64,000 bases of DNA from an uncultured Planctomycetota bacterium (GCA_963823665.1 CAWGMQ010000007.1:32001-96000); one strand, 5' to 3'; shown: positions 42,792 to 54,260, numbered from the stretch's first letter. The notes: generated by a model from the sequence alone, not told the origin. Program-made: numbers and translations.

Positions 42792-44108
42792 GTGAAGCTT
42801 TTGCTACTGAGTTTATTGCTGGCGTCTTGCACAACCCGGCTAGTTGCCAAAGAAGGTGGCCGAACGCCGAACATCATTCTGATCGTCGCCGATGATCTCG
42901 GGTGGGGTGATGTCGGATTTAACGGTCGGAAGGAGTGGTCGACACCCAACCTTGACCGGCTGGCCAAGGAGGGCCGAATGCTCGCACGCTGTTACACGGC
43001 AGCGGTCGTTTGCGCTCCGAGCCGCGCGAGTTTCCTTACCGGGAAGGCGACGATCCATTCGGGCGTGCGAGCCAACAACGTGGACCTGCCGGCCGAAGAA
43101 GTGACGATCGCCGAGGCGCTCAAGCCGCTCGGCTATCAAACGGCCCTTTTTGGCAAGTGGCATTCCGGGCGGCCTCGAGCCGGGCAGAGTGAGGCAGTCC
43201 ATCCCATCGACCAGGGCTTCGACGAGTTCTTCGGCTACAGGAGCGCCGAGCACGCCTGGGAAAAGTTTCCCACCAAGCTTTGGAATGGGCGGCGTGAGGT
43301 CTCGGTCACCGGCTACATCGACGACTTGATCACCGATCGTGGAATCGATTTCGTCCGAAGAAACACCAACCGTCCCTTCTTCATGTATCTCGCGTACGTG
43401 GCAACCCATTTTCACGTCGCCGCGCCGCAAGACGAGATCGCGCTCCACAAAGGGAAGTTCGAGGAGGTCGACGCCGAAGTGCCGCTCAAGGCGACCTATG
43501 CGGCAATGGTCACGAGGATCGACCGCAACATCGGCCGGATTCTGGAGACGATACGGCAGCTCGATCGTTCGCGAGAAACCCTGATCGTTTTCACCAGCGA
43601 CCACGGTGCGACCTTCGAAAGCGGGAACGGCGGCACGAGTGCAGCGCTCGACAGCAACCGTCCATTCCGCGGCCAGAAGCGAACGTTGTGGGAGGGGGGC
43701 GTCCGGGTGCCGGGCCTGGTCTGTTGGCCAGGACGGATTCCGGCCGGAACCACTGGCGATGAGATCGTTCAGCTCATCGACCTTTTGCCCACGTTTGTCG
43801 CGGCCGCGGATGGCCATGTCGAGCCGGCCTGGCGCGTCGACGGAATCAACCTTCTCGATGTCTGGACCGGAAAGGCGGTCGCACCGGATCGAACGATCTT
43901 CTGGGAATGGCAGAGCGAGCGAGCCGATCAGATCGCGGCGATGCGCGGAAAGTTCAAGCTCGTGGCAAGCGGCGGCGGCAAGTCCGAGCTTTACGACGTC
44001 GTCGCTGACCCCGCGGAGCGCCGCGATATCTCTGCAGAGCATCCGGAGCTCACCACAGAGCTCCGCGACGAGCTGGCGGCCTGGCTCAAGACCGAGATCC
44101 ACCAATAA
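42792..44108 (+). CDS. Formylglycine-dependent (Cys-type) sulfatase
   Basis: PNIILIVADDLGWGD, CAPSRASFLTG, GKWH, FTSDHG, KRTLWEGGVRVP. Confidence 0.95.
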   Translation: MKLLLLSLLLASCTTRLVAKEGGRTPNIILIVADDLGWGDVGFNGRKEWSTPNLDRLAKEGRMLARCYTAAVVCAPSRASFLTGKATIHSGVRANNVDLPAEEVTIAEALKPLGYQTALFGKWHSGRPRAGQSEAVHPIDQGFDEFFGYRSAEHAWEKFPTKLWNGRREVSVTGYIDDLITDRGIDFVRRNTNRPFFMYLAYVATHFHVAAPQDEIALHKGKFEEVDAEVPLKATYAAMVTRIDRNIGRILETIRQLDRSRETLIVFTSDHGATFESGNGGTSAALDSNRPFRGQKRTLWEGGVRVPGLVCWPGRIPAGTTGDEIVQLIDLLPTFVAAADGHVEPAWRVDGINLLDVWTGKAVAPDRTIFWEWQSERADQIAAMRGKFKLVASGGGKSELYDVVADPAERRDISAEHPELTTELRDELAAWLKTEIHQ

Positions 44109-44168
44109 GGAACAGGTCGGCATTCATTTCCCATCCACCAACTCTTGTCCTTGAAGGGTTTCGGACCG

Positions 44169-44675
44169 ATGAACTCAAAAGTGCACATCCTGACCTTCTT
44201 TCTCAGTTCTCTGGGCACCTTCACAGCCTCGGTCGGTGCGGAGACGCCCTCCGCCGAGAACGACCTCGCCCGGCTGCAAGGACGCTGGGCCGCGCGGGCG
44301 GGTGCACGCCGTGAAGTGCGCGTGATGCTTGAGATCAAGGGATGCAAGGCAACGGCAACGATCAAAACCCCGCATGGCGCAAGACTCTTGCTCACCGGTC
44401 AGGTGAAGCTCGATGAGACCACCTCGCCACGGCGCCTGGATTGGATCAAGTTCACCGGAGCCGATCAGCAGGAGTTTCCCCCGCTCCTCGCCATTTACAC
44501 GCTCAAAGGTGACCGTTTCACCGTTTGCAATGGCGGAATGAATGGGTCGCGGCCCAGCGACTTCAAACCGGGCGACGGCATCCTCGCCGAGGTTGTGGTT
44601 TTCGAGCGAGACCGCTCGCTGGCAAACGCGAAGTCGAGCCCCGCCAGCAAAACACCCGCGACCATCAAGAAATAG
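44169..44675 (+). CDS. TIGR03067-like planctomycete domain protein
   Basis: Signal peptide; DLARLQGRW, KLDETTSPRRLDW, AIYTLKGDRFTVC, RPSDFK. Confidence 0.8.
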   Translation: MNSKVHILTFFLSSLGTFTASVGAETPSAENDLARLQGRWAARAGARREVRVMLEIKGCKATATIKTPHGARLLLTGQVKLDETTSPRRLDWIKFTGADQQEFPPLLAIYTLKGDRFTVCNGGMNGSRPSDFKPGDGILAEVVVFERDRSLANAKSSPASKTPATIKK

Positions 44676-44850
44676 GTGCACTCATACACGCTTTGGGCTG
44701 GAAGAACACCCGCGTGGCCCGAGCATTCCGCAACCAATTCACAAGAACCAGCGCGCACTAAATCTAATCAAATCCACACATCCAATCGCTCGCCACGAAC
44801 CACGTTCTGAGGCTTCTACACCACAGCGCAAGAAATACTAGACAACCTCG

Positions 44851-44901
44851 GTCAAGATAGTCGACCAAAATCTTGACAAGATCGGTCGATTTGAATAGCA
44901 T
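44851..44901 (+). promoter_or_regulatory. sigma70 promoter of the sulfate operon with overlapping inverted repeats
   Basis: TTGACA (44873-78)-17 nt-TAGCAT (44896-901); GTCAAGAT-N11-ATCTTGAC and ATCTTG-A-CAAGAT palindromes. Confidence 0.7.
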
Positions 44902-45022
44902 CCGCTGCAAGTTATTTCGTACCAGAGCGCTTGCTAGGGTACGGAATTCGGCGGTTTGACGTTGGTGCAGAGTCTGACGACTCTTGACTCGCAACGTGGT
45001 CGGTCGATCGGAGGTGAGCGGG

Positions 45023-46084
45023 ATGCGGATTCGGACGGACCTGGCGCTTTGGGTTGGATTGGCATCGCTGGGGGTTACTGTCGTTGGCTGCGGTGGAAGC
45101 CGCGATCCGAATACCGATGAACTGTCGATTGGCGCCTATTCGGTTGTCCATGAAGTCCTTCGCGATGGGATACTGCCCGCGTTCGCGGCAGAGTGGAAGC
45201 AGAAAACGGGGCGATCGGTCCGGTTCAATGATTCTTACAACGGCTCGGGTGCACAGGCTCGGGCGATCGCGTCGGGTCTGGGCTCGGACGTGGCGATCCT
45301 GTCGCACGAAAGCGACATGGAAGTGCTCGTTCAGGCGCACCGGGTCAAGCCGACCTGGAAAGACGGTCCGCATCGCGGGATGATCACCAACAGCCTCGTG
45401 GTGATCGGGCACCGGCCGGGGAACCCCAAAGGCGTCAACGATTGGCCGGACCTGGCAAAGCCCGGTGTTGGTGTGCTTTACCCCGACCCCAAGACCTCCG
45501 GCGGCGCGCGGTGGAACATCAATGCGATCTATGGCGCGGCATTCCTTGCCTCTCGCGACAGCAACAAGGGCAAGCCCAACCTCCAGGCGGTGCGGGATTT
45601 CCTGGCGAGAGTGCAGGCCAATGTCGTCAACATGGATTCCTCCGGCCGGCAGAGCATGGCGAACTTCGCCGAGCGGCACACGGGTGATGCCGTCGTCACC
45701 TACGAGGATGAGATTCTGCTGCACAACCAGGGCAAAGACAAGGAACCGATTCCTTACGTTGTTCCGCCGTCGACACTGTTGATCGAGGGCCCCGCGGCGG
45801 TTGTCGAGACTTCGGTGGAATCACACGGCAATCGAGCTGTGGCGGAGGCGTTCCTCGAGTTCCTGGTCTCCGATCACGGCCAGCAGATCTTCGCGAAGTT
45901 CGGGTTCCGTCCCGTGAAATCCGGCGTGTCCCAGCCAGACGGCGCCGCTCCCATGCCGCCCAAGCTCTTCACGATGGCAGACCTCGGGGGCTGGGCGCAG
46001 ATCCAGCGCGAGCTGTACGGATCCAAGGGGCTGTGGACGTCAATCTTCACTGCGGAGGCGAGCGCACACGCACTCGGCAAGTGA
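45023..46084 (+). CDS. sbp: Sulfate ABC transporter substrate-binding lipoprotein
   Basis: Lipobox VVGC; SYNGSGAQARAI, GNPKGVNDWPDL, PDPKTSGGARWN. Confidence 0.92.
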   Translation: MRIRTDLALWVGLASLGVTVVGCGGSRDPNTDELSIGAYSVVHEVLRDGILPAFAAEWKQKTGRSVRFNDSYNGSGAQARAIASGLGSDVAILSHESDMEVLVQAHRVKPTWKDGPHRGMITNSLVVIGHRPGNPKGVNDWPDLAKPGVGVLYPDPKTSGGARWNINAIYGAAFLASRDSNKGKPNLQAVRDFLARVQANVVNMDSSGRQSMANFAERHTGDAVVTYEDEILLHNQGKDKEPIPYVVPPSTLLIEGPAAVVETSVESHGNRAVAEAFLEFLVSDHGQQIFAKFGFRPVKSGVSQPDGAAPMPPKLFTMADLGGWAQIQRELYGSKGLWTSIFTAEASAHALGK

Positions 46085-46089
46085 GTTCA

Positions 46090-46923
46090 ATGGCTACAGC
46101 GACACTCGCGTCTGGCCGTCGCGGCTCCGATCTGCTGCTTCGGGGAAGCACCCTGTTTTATCTCAGCATCGCCGTCGTGCTGCCGCTCACGGCGTTGACG
46201 GTTGAGGCTCTCCGGCCAGGCGCCGCTCCGTTCTGGGAAGCGATTCGCGACCCTTATGCCTGGCATGCACTGAAGCTCACTCTCGTCACGGCGGTCGTGA
46301 TGGTTCTGGTCAATGCCCTGACGGGAACGGCGACGGCCTGGGTGCTCGTGCGCTATGACTTCCCCGGCCGCAGCTTGGTAAACGCACTGATCGACTTGCC
46401 ATTTGCCGTGCCCACGGTGGTGACGGGTGTGATGCTGGTCGTTCTGTTTGGCCCGTCGAGCGTGGTGGGCACGATCCTGGGCCAATATGGATGGGGGGTC
46501 ATTTACCGTCAGCCGGGCATCGTCCTCGCTCTCTTGTTCGTGACATATCCGTTCGTGATCCGCAGCGTGCAGCCGGTGCTGATGGAGCTGGATCGTGCCG
46601 AGGAAGAAGCCGCTTCGACGCTCGGTGCCGGAGCGTGGACGACGTTCTGGCGAGTAACACTCCCGGGCCTGTGGCCGTCAATCGTGACGGGTTCAGGTCT
46701 GTCATTCGCACGAGCGCTCGGTGAGTTCGGCAGCGTGGTGATGGTCGCCGGCAATCAGCCGCTCGCAACCAAGACGGCCCCGCTGTACATCTTCGGCGAG
46801 ATCGAGAGCGGCAATCGATATGGTGCACTCGTGGTCTCGACGCTCCTCCTGGGCGGTTCGCTGCTGGTGCTGGTTGTTCTGAACGGAATTCAGCGGCGAT
46901 GGGGGGCCGGCCATGGCCACTGA
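46090..46923 (+). CDS. cysT: Sulfate ABC permease CysT
   Basis: AWVLVRYDFPGR..LIDLPFAVPTVVTG; EEAASTLGA; FARALGEFGSV. Confidence 0.92.
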   Translation: MATATLASGRRGSDLLLRGSTLFYLSIAVVLPLTALTVEALRPGAAPFWEAIRDPYAWHALKLTLVTAVVMVLVNALTGTATAWVLVRYDFPGRSLVNALIDLPFAVPTVVTGVMLVVLFGPSSVVGTILGQYGWGVIYRQPGIVLALLFVTYPFVIRSVQPVLMELDRAEEEAASTLGAGAWTTFWRVTLPGLWPSIVTGSGLSFARALGEFGSVVMVAGNQPLATKTAPLYIFGEIESGNRYGALVVSTLLLGGSLLVLVVLNGIQRRWGAGHGH

Positions 46924-47791
46924 TACGCTGAACGCCGGCTCGCGCACAATCTCGCTGGCAGCCCGAGATCGTCGCACCGTACCGATCGGCCGCTGGCTGT
47001 TGATCGGCGCGGTGCTCGGCTGGTTCGCGCTCTTGATCCTGGTGCCGAGCCTGGCGCTTCTGCGGCAAGTGGTGCAGGGGGGCATGCGGGCGTTCTTCGA
47101 GACGCTGGCGACGGCCGAGGTCGGCCGCGCGTTTCTGATGACGCTCGGCATCACCGCGATCGCCACGGTCGTCAACACAGTTTTCGGCGTGGCGCTGGCG
47201 CTGGTGCTCGTCCGGCAGAAGTTCTGGGGCCGCGCGCTTCTGGACGGGATTGTCGACTTGCCATTCGCGGTTTCGCCCGTCGTTGCCGGGTTGATGCTTG
47301 TCGTGTTGTACGGTCCGGAGGGATGGCTGGGCGGCCTGCTCGCGAAAATCAACGTTCAGGTGATCTACGCTGTGCCGGGGATGATCGTGGCGACACTCTT
47401 CGTCACCGTGCCGTTCGTGGTACGCGAGCTGGTGCCGATCCTGCGCGAGCTCGGTGAGGAGAGCGAGCAGGCAGCCTACACGCTCGGAGCGGGCCGGTGG
47501 CGCACGTTCTGGAGCGTCACGCTGCCGTCCATTCGCTGGGGCGTGGCTTACGGCGTGACCCTGACGGTCGCCCGTTCGCTCGGTGAATTCGGTGCCGTGC
47601 TCGTCGTGTCGGGCAATCTGATTGGCAGCACTCAGACAGCAACGCTCTACATCCACGACGGAATCGAGAGCTTTCACACCGAGGGAGCGTATGCGGCCAG
47701 CCTGGTGTTGGCCGCCTTGTCGTTTGTGTTGCTGGTGGGCATGGAAGCCGTACGAAGACGGCTGTCTGCACGACAGGGGAACCCGTCATGA
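46913..47791 (+). CDS. cysW: Sulfate ABC permease CysW
   Basis: [47 protein letters not shown]. Confidence 0.92.
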   Translation: MATDTLNAGSRTISLAARDRRTVPIGRWLLIGAVLGWFALLILVPSLALLRQVVQGGMRAFFETLATAEVGRAFLMTLGITAIATVVNTVFGVALALVLVRQKFWGRALLDGIVDLPFAVSPVVAGLMLVVLYGPEGWLGGLLAKINVQVIYAVPGMIVATLFVTVPFVVRELVPILRELGEESEQAAYTLGAGRWRTFWSVTLPSIRWGVAYGVTLTVARSLGEFGAVLVVSGNLIGSTQTATLYIHDGIESFHTEGAYAASLVLAALSFVLLVGMEAVRRRLSARQGNPS

Positions 47792-48972
47792 GCCTCATCC
47801 AGGCGCCGGTCAAGCGAAGCTCGGTCTGGCCGGGAGTAACCATGCCAAACGTGCCAGCCACTCCAGGTGCGCGGCACGCTTCGAGCATGAAGATGCGCAC
47901 TCAGAAGGAGACATCCGTGGCGATCGCCGTTCGAAATCTCTCCAAGAAGTACGGGACATTTCAGGCTGTCGACAACGTCTCCTTCGACGTTCCAGCCGGC
48001 CAGCTCGTCGCTTTGCTCGGGCCCTCCGGCTCCGGCAAGAGCACGATCTTGCGGATGATCGCCGGACTGGAAACACCCGAGACGGGCACGGTCGAGCTGA
48101 CCGGTGAGGATGCGACGGGCGTGCCAATTCAGCATCGCGGCGTCGGGTTCGTCTTCCAGCATTACGCGCTATTTCGCCACATGACCGTTCGGGAGAACAT
48201 CGCTTTTGGCCTCAAGGTGCGGAAGATCAAGAAAGCTGAGATCCGGGAGCGGGTCGATGCCCTTCTAGACCTGGTTCAATTGAGCGGCTATGCCGGGCGC
48301 TATCCTTCCCAGCTTTCCGGCGGGCAGCGCCAGCGGGTCGCGCTGGCCCGGGCGCTGGCGCCGCGGCCCAAGGTGTTGCTCCTGGATGAGCCGTTCGGAG
48401 CACTTGATGCCAAGGTGCGCGAGGAGCTCCGAACGTGGCTCCGCCGGTTGCATGATGAGGTCCACGTGACGAGTCTCTTCGTCACGCACGATCAGCAAGA
48501 GGCGTTCGAGGTTGCCGACCAGGTGGTCGTCCTTAACCGGGGCCGCGTCGAGCAGATGGGCCCCCCGCAGGAGCTCTACGAGCATCCCAAGACCCCGTTC
48601 GTCACCAGCTTTCTGGGTGCGGTCAACGTCTTGCGCGGCCAGACGGCGAAGGGCGTGGCCGTGCTTGGGGATGGAATTCACGTGCCGACCGAAATTCACG
48701 GCCACGACCAGCCCGTCTCGGTCTACGTGCGCCCGCATGACCTGGACTTGGCACATGAGCGCAATGGCAAGCCGTCGTGGCCGGGGCGCGTCAGTCGAAT
48801 CACACCGCTCGGAGCCTCCGTTCGCCTCGACATCGAGCTGGCCGACGGAAATGCGGTGCGGGTCGAGCTCACCCGGCAGCGCTTCGCGGCGATCGAGCCA
48901 CGCGTGGGCGACTCGATATTCGTTGCACCCAGGGACTTGAAGGTCTTTCTCGACCAGGAACCGCCCGCATAA
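47788..48972 (+). CDS. cysA: Sulfate ABC ATPase CysA (alternative start GTG 47917)
   Basis: [47 protein letters not shown]-like tail. Confidence 0.95.
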   Translation: MSLIQAPVKRSSVWPGVTMPNVPATPGARHASSMKMRTQKETSVAIAVRNLSKKYGTFQAVDNVSFDVPAGQLVALLGPSGSGKSTILRMIAGLETPETGTVELTGEDATGVPIQHRGVGFVFQHYALFRHMTVRENIAFGLKVRKIKKAEIRERVDALLDLVQLSGYAGRYPSQLSGGQRQRVALARALAPRPKVLLLDEPFGALDAKVREELRTWLRRLHDEVHVTSLFVTHDQQEAFEVADQVVVLNRGRVEQMGPPQELYEHPKTPFVTSFLGAVNVLRGQTAKGVAVLGDGIHVPTEIHGHDQPVSVYVRPHDLDLAHERNGKPSWPGRVSRITPLGASVRLDIELADGNAVRVELTRQRFAAIEPRVGDSIFVAPRDLKVFLDQEPPA

Positions 48973-49093
48973 GTAACGTCGAACGATCGCGATCAACTGT
49001 ACGAGCAAGGATTCATGAGCAGCGACCCGCGGCGGACCTCCATCCGACTCTCGCCCGGAATCGGGGAAACGCCGGGAACTCGAGGAGAAGAAA

Positions 49094-49474
49094 GTGATGC
49101 GTAGCGAGACGATCGGTTTGGCACGCCTTGCGCTCCGCCAGCAGGTCGAGATTTTCGGCGGCGATCAGGTGAGCCTGAATAGCCTTTGGAGAGCGGTCGG
49201 TAGCCCTGCCGGCGAAAGTCCGGAGCGCTGGGCGGATGTTGCCGAGCCGCTTTTGTCCGGTTTCTCGGCGTATCTCGACCGCCTCGAGAGCATCGTCGGC
49301 TCGCCTTCCGCGCGACCGCGATTGTTGTGGTTCTGGGAAGACGAGTCGAAGGATCCCTGGCGCACCGGCGACCTGATGGGCCATGAGCTGATCGCCCTCA
49401 TCTACGCCAGTCATCTCGACTCCATCCGGGAGCTGCGCTCCATCGGACGGTCGACCTCGCTTGCCGCGAGCTGA
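49094..49474 (+). CDS. KilA-N-like domain protein
   Basis: VSLNSLWRAVGSP..SPERW ... GDLMGHELIALIYASHLD resembles KilA-N signature segments. Confidence 0.55.
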   Translation: MMRSETIGLARLALRQQVEIFGGDQVSLNSLWRAVGSPAGESPERWADVAEPLLSGFSAYLDRLESIVGSPSARPRLLWFWEDESKDPWRTGDLMGHELIALIYASHLDSIRELRSIGRSTSLAAS

Positions 49475-49488
49475 TTCTCGCTGGATAC

Positions 49489-51317
49489 TCAGTACACACC
49501 GTGGAGCGGGCCTCCGGCGCGGCCAGTTCGTCGACCCGGCGCTCGACTGCGGGGTCATCGACGAGCGGAGGCGCGTGGTGCGGCTTGATCCGGGCGTCGA
49601 TCACCAGCGGGCCGGCACAGCCCCAGTGCTTCTTCTCGATGAAGGAATCAATCCCGTCGATATCCGCGGCCGGATCCGAGCGCGTGAACGTCACCCATAA
49701 GAAGTTTCGAAGGCTCTGTGCAGCGAATGCACTGTCGTCGACCATCACGATGAGTGGAAAGCCGCGAATCGGGTCGTCCTGAGCAAACGACCGGCAGAAC
49801 GGCGCGATGTCGGCGCCCGAGTCGCGGTAAGCACTGGCCTGAATCGCCAGGATTCCGGGCAGCACGACGCGTGGCTCACCGAAACCCTGCGGGAGACTCA
49901 GCGAAGGTTGATCGGTGGCGAGTTCGCGCCGGCGCGGGCCGGCGGCTGCGATCACGACCTTCGAGCCTTGATTGAATCCGTGGCCGGAGTAGTCGAGTGT
50001 GTCGATCGTCGTCCGGGTCTGGAAATGCAGGTCGTTCTTCCAGTCAACCCGCTCGAGCACGTGCTTCAGGAACGCGGGAATGTCGTGGATGTCGAGCGCG
50101 GCGTTGTCTTCGCGCGCAACGATGAACAGATATTTTGCCAGCGAAAGTTGCCCCTGTCCGAGGAGGGCATTCGCAATCGTGAGGATTTCTTGCGGCCTGC
50201 GCACATCGGCATACGGGACGTACCGCTCATGTGCGATAGCCAGGAGCAGGGGGTGCACGCCGGCGGCATCGACGGCGTGAACAGAGTCGAGGCCTGGTAC
50301 AACGCTGGGAATGACCGGGCCGGTCAGCTCATGGATGAAGGCGCCGAAGCTCGTGTCTTCCTGCGGCGGCCTGCCCACCGACGTGAACGGCCAGATGGCG
50401 TTGTCGCGGTGGTACACGCGCGTGACGTTCAACAACGGAAAATCGTGTTTGAGGCTGTAATAGCCAAGGTGATCGCCAAAGGGCCCTTCCGGCTTGCGCA
50501 AGTGGGGATCGATGGTTCCTTGTATGACGAAATCGGCCTCTGCGGGCATCGGCAGGCCGCCATCGGGCGCGACCAGCGCGATTCGCCGGCCTCCCAGAGC
50601 GCCGGCGAACGCCAGCTCCGGAAGCCCTTCAGGCAACGGCATGACCGCGGCGACCGAGAGCGCCGGCGGCCCACCGACAAACACGTTCACCCGGAGTGCT
50701 TCGCCCCGCGCAATGGCGGCAGCGTGATGAACGCCGATTCCCCGGTGGATCTGATAATGCAATCCTGCTTCCCGATTCGGCACGTACTCGTTGCCGGCGA
50801 GCTGCACCCGGTACATGCCCAGATTGGATCGTGCCGGGCCGGGTCGATTCGGATCCTCGGTGTAAACCAGTGGCAACGTGATGAACGGTCCGCCGTCTCT
50901 CGGCCAGCATTGGATCTGGGGAAGATGATCAAGCGTGGTTTGATTCGCCAGGATCGGCCCGGCCCGAGCTTTGCCGGGCATCAGCCGCCAGAGCGGCCCG
51001 GCCAGGCGCCGGTAACGCCAGGGATTCTTCGCAAGCCGGCCCGGATCAACTTTGAGGTCGATGAGCATCCTCACCGATTCGAGCGCGTCGCTGAAGAGAT
51101 ACTTGGTGCGTGCAAGCGTTCCGAACAGATTGCCCAGCACCGGGAATGCCGTGCCTTTAACATTTCGGAAGTACAGCGCAGGGCCTTGAGCCTGATACGC
51201 CCTGCGCTGGATTGCAGCGACTTCCAGAAAAGGGTCAACCTCGCGCTCGATGACAACGAGCTGCCGCGTCGCCTCAAGGTCAAGCACGCACTCCGCGAGT
51301 GATTGATAGCCCATCAC
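49489..51317 (-). CDS. UbiD-family decarboxylase (frameshift just before the stop)
   Basis: CWPRDGGPFITLP, NLGMYRVQL, PEGPFGDHLGYYS, VGRPPQED; probable true end GGPLHGVY* in the adjacent frame. Confidence 0.93.
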
Positions 51318-51336
51318 GCAGCCTTCCGATCGGCCG

Positions 51337-52254
51337 TCATGATTTGGGGGCAGATTGCTTCAGCAAGGCTTCGAGCTCGCGGATGCGGGCCTCGGCGGCC
51401 ATGCGAGCCTGGGCTTCGGCCTTGGCTTTCTGTTGGGCCTTCGCGGCTCTTTGCTGGGCCTTCGCGGCTTGTTGCTGGGCCTTCGCGGCTACTTGTTGGG
51501 CCTGTGCAGCTTTTGCTTCAGCCACGTTGCGCGCCTTGGTGATGGCGGCGTAATCGGCGATTTCCTGATTTGTGGCGGGGTCGAAACAGGCGACTCGATC
51601 GCCGCCCGTGACTGACTGCGGACTCACGCCAAGCCACACGCCGAGGGCTTCCAGCCAGATCCGCCCGTCGGTGCTCAGCGGGATTTTCTCGTATCCGCTC
51701 GGTGCGTGACGGTATCCGATCAATTCCAACCGGCGATGGGTCTTGTTTTCCATGAATTCGTTTACGATCACGTACACCGCGACGCCGGCGCGATAATAGT
51801 ATTTGAACTTCTTTCCAAAGTCGTTTTTCCGAGTGCTGTCGGATGTCACCTCGATCACGAGAGCGCATTTCGCGCGCTCCGCCTTGACGTCAAACATGGA
51901 CCAGCCACGACGTCTCGCTATGCCAAAAAAGACGGCAAGATCAGGGCACAGCGGCCTGATCCTCGGCAGATTGAAATCGACACCAACATCGAAGAGCACG
52001 GCTGCGTGAGGATCGTCAATCAACTGCGCCCCGGGCACGTCCCTGAGGTAGATCACATCGTCGGCATGCTCCTGGGAATTCACGATATGGTCCCCTTCTT
52101 TGGGATGGAGAACGTCCTCCAGTGTGAGAGGCACCTGATCGAGGTCCTCGGTTCCATCCGGTCTCAGCACCTCTACATGCCGCCAGCCGTAGAAAAATGG
52201 ATCCGACTCGTCCGGTCGCACACGTGGTGCTCGCTGTGTTCTGACGGTACTCAT
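51337..52254 (-). CDS. Uma2-family endonuclease-like protein with coiled-coil tail
   Basis: VPLTLEDVLHPKEGD, CPDLAVF, LVIEVTSDSTRKND..K..YY..GV..YVIV. Confidence 0.88.
   Translation of the reverse strand: MSTVRTQRAPRVRPDESDPFFYGWRHVEVLRPDGTEDLDQVPLTLEDVLHPKEGDHIVNSQEHADDVIYLRDVPGAQLIDDPHAAVLFDVGVDFNLPRIRPLCPDLAVFFGIARRRGWSMFDVKAERAKCALVIEVTSDSTRKNDFGKKFKYYYRAGVAVYVIVNEFMENKTHRRLELIGYRHAPSGYEKIPLSTDGRIWLEALGVWLGVSPQSVTGGDRVACFDPATNQEIADYAAITKARNVAEAKAAQAQQVAAKAQQQAAKAQQRAAKAQQKAKAEAQARMAAEARIRELEALLKQSAPKS
51431..51510. repeat. 21-bp coding tandem repeat (heptad QQxAAKA)
   Basis: TGYTGGGCCTTCGCGGCTNNT three times plus a degenerate fourth. Confidence 0.8.
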
Positions 52255-52348
52255 CTGCACCTCCCCGTCTGCCGGGCATAATCTCGTCGCCGGCTCGTCA
52301 CCGGAATTATATCATCTTCGACCTCATGCGTCAGGCCGCACGCACGCC

Positions 52349-53044
52349 TCAATTCTCCCTTCTCCGCCAGAGCGCACCGTACTGCCCCAGGTAATAAAGC
52401 AGCGTCAGTACACCGGTGAGCGCGCCGGCGACATAGGTCCAGGCAGCCGCGTTCAAGACCTTGCCGACAACCTCATCCTCTGCGGGACTGATCGCGCCCG
52501 TCGAACGCAGCATCTCGCGCCCGCGGCTACTCGCATTGAATTCAACAGGTAAATTGATGATCTGAAAGACAACCGTCAGTGAGAAAAGGATGATTCCCAG
52601 GAAAACCAGCTTGGTCATTCCGATCAGAAGACCGGCCATCACCGGCAGCCAGCAGATGGTCGAGCCGATACTGGCCAGCGGCACGATCAAGTTGCGCACG
52701 ACAAGTCCGGGATAATGGGTGGCGTCCTGGATCGCGTGGCCCGCCTCGTGCGCCGCGATTCCAACCGCCGAGAGCGACCGCCCGTCGTACACCTTGGGTG
52801 AGAGCCGCAGCACCTTGTGAGCCGGATCATAATGATCGGAAAGCTCGCCTCGCACCGGCTCGATCGCGACATGACCGACCCCGCCGGCCTTCATCACGGC
52901 AACCGCCGCTTCGGCCCCCGACAGACCCGACGAAGCAGGAATTCGCGATCCTTCGGCATACGCCTGCCAGATTCGCGACTGCGCCCACATCGTCACGAGT
53001 AGCCCCGGAAGCGCATAGAGCAAGTAATCAAGCGTTGTGAACAT
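52349..53044 (-). CDS. YugP-like neutral zinc metallopeptidase (membrane)
   Basis: LSDHYDP..LRLS, IAAHEAGHAIQ, LPVEFNASSR, VLNAAAWTYVA. Confidence 0.92.
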   Translation of the reverse strand: MFTTLDYLLYALPGLLVTMWAQSRIWQAYAEGSRIPASSGLSGAEAAVAVMKAGGVGHVAIEPVRGELSDHYDPAHKVLRLSPKVYDGRSLSAVGIAAHEAGHAIQDATHYPGLVVRNLIVPLASIGSTICWLPVMAGLLIGMTKLVFLGIILFSLTVVFQIINLPVEFNASSRGREMLRSTGAISPAEDEVVGKVLNAAAWTYVAGALTGVLTLLYYLGQYGALWRRREN

Positions 53045-53054
53045 GCATGCAAGC

Positions 53055-54222
53055 TCAAACGAGCGGCAGGCCTTCCTCGCGTCGACCGAGCACTGGCCCA
53101 GGTTCGACCTGAAGCCAGCGACGTAAGAGCGTAGCATAAATGTCGCGGAAATCGACGGCGAATTTCAGGTCGCCGTTCTCGAGATTGGTCAGGACAGGAG
53201 CGGGGCCGACCAGCCCGCCGCGCACCGGAGCGCCGGCCAGAAACACGGGGCCTGCGGTGCCGTGATCGGTTCCGCCCTGGGCATTCTCCTTCACTCGCCT
53301 GCCGAATTCCGAGAACATGAGCACCACGACTCGCTCGCCGAGCCCGCGCTTCTTCACGTCGTTCAGAAATCCGGCAACCGCAGCAGAAACGGACCGCAGC
53401 AGCTCTCGATGCGTGAAGCTCTGCGCGGCATGCGTGTCGAAAGCCGCCGGCGGCGTGGAGGTGTAGAACACGCGGAGGGCCGCGTCCTGTTCGATGAGCA
53501 CCCGGATTGTCGTCAAACGCTCGTCCAGCGTGCCGGTTCCGGACTCAGGCAGAGACACTGTTGCGGCTTCCAGCCTCCTCGCCAGCGCGGTCACCTCGTC
53601 TGTCCTTCGCCCGATCTCGCGGGCGAGCTCGATCGGCCGGAAGAGCCCGACCAACGGCTAGCATTCCAGGTGGCACGCGGTAATCAGCGAGGCTCGCGAT
53701 CGAAGGCGTGAAGAACTTCCGCCCCTGCACGGCCAGAGGAACCGCCTCGGTCCCCACGTAACACGTGCTCATCAAGGGCTGAATGTCCGCGGCTCGCCCA
53801 AGCCATCCCGCGTCCGTCACCGGGCCGACGCTTCCCGTCTGCCAGATCTCCATCGACCGTGAATGCGACCGGTTGGGATTGGGATAGCCCGCCCCTTGAA
53901 TGATTGTCAAGTCGCCCGACTCCCAGAACGTGTGCAGATCCTTGAGCGCAGGGTTCAGCCCCACGCGGTCATCGAGCTTCAGTAGACTCTTGGGCCCAAT
54001 TCGCAACGTCGGCCGCGCCTTGGCGTAAAGATCATCGGCATAAGGAACGACCGTGTTCAACCCGTCGTTGCCGCCGGAAAGCTCGATCACGACCAGAATG
54101 GGCAAGCCCGCCTTGGCCTCCGCGGCTGCGGCTGCCCGTTGCCAGACCAAAGGGGCCTGTGCACCGACAGCGACCAGACCCAGCTCCGCACTCCGCGCCA
54201 AGAATCTGCGACGGGTCAACAT
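53055..54222 (-). CDS. DUF1501 protein, Tat-exported (frameshift near 53655)
   Basis: TRRRFL; LSGGNDGLNTVVPY, GYPNPNRSH; FDTHAAQ, FSEFGRRVKEN..GTDHG, VDFRDIYAT. Confidence 0.9.
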
Positions 54223-54260
54223 ATTATATCTCCTCCTATCCAGGGATGATGAGATTGATC

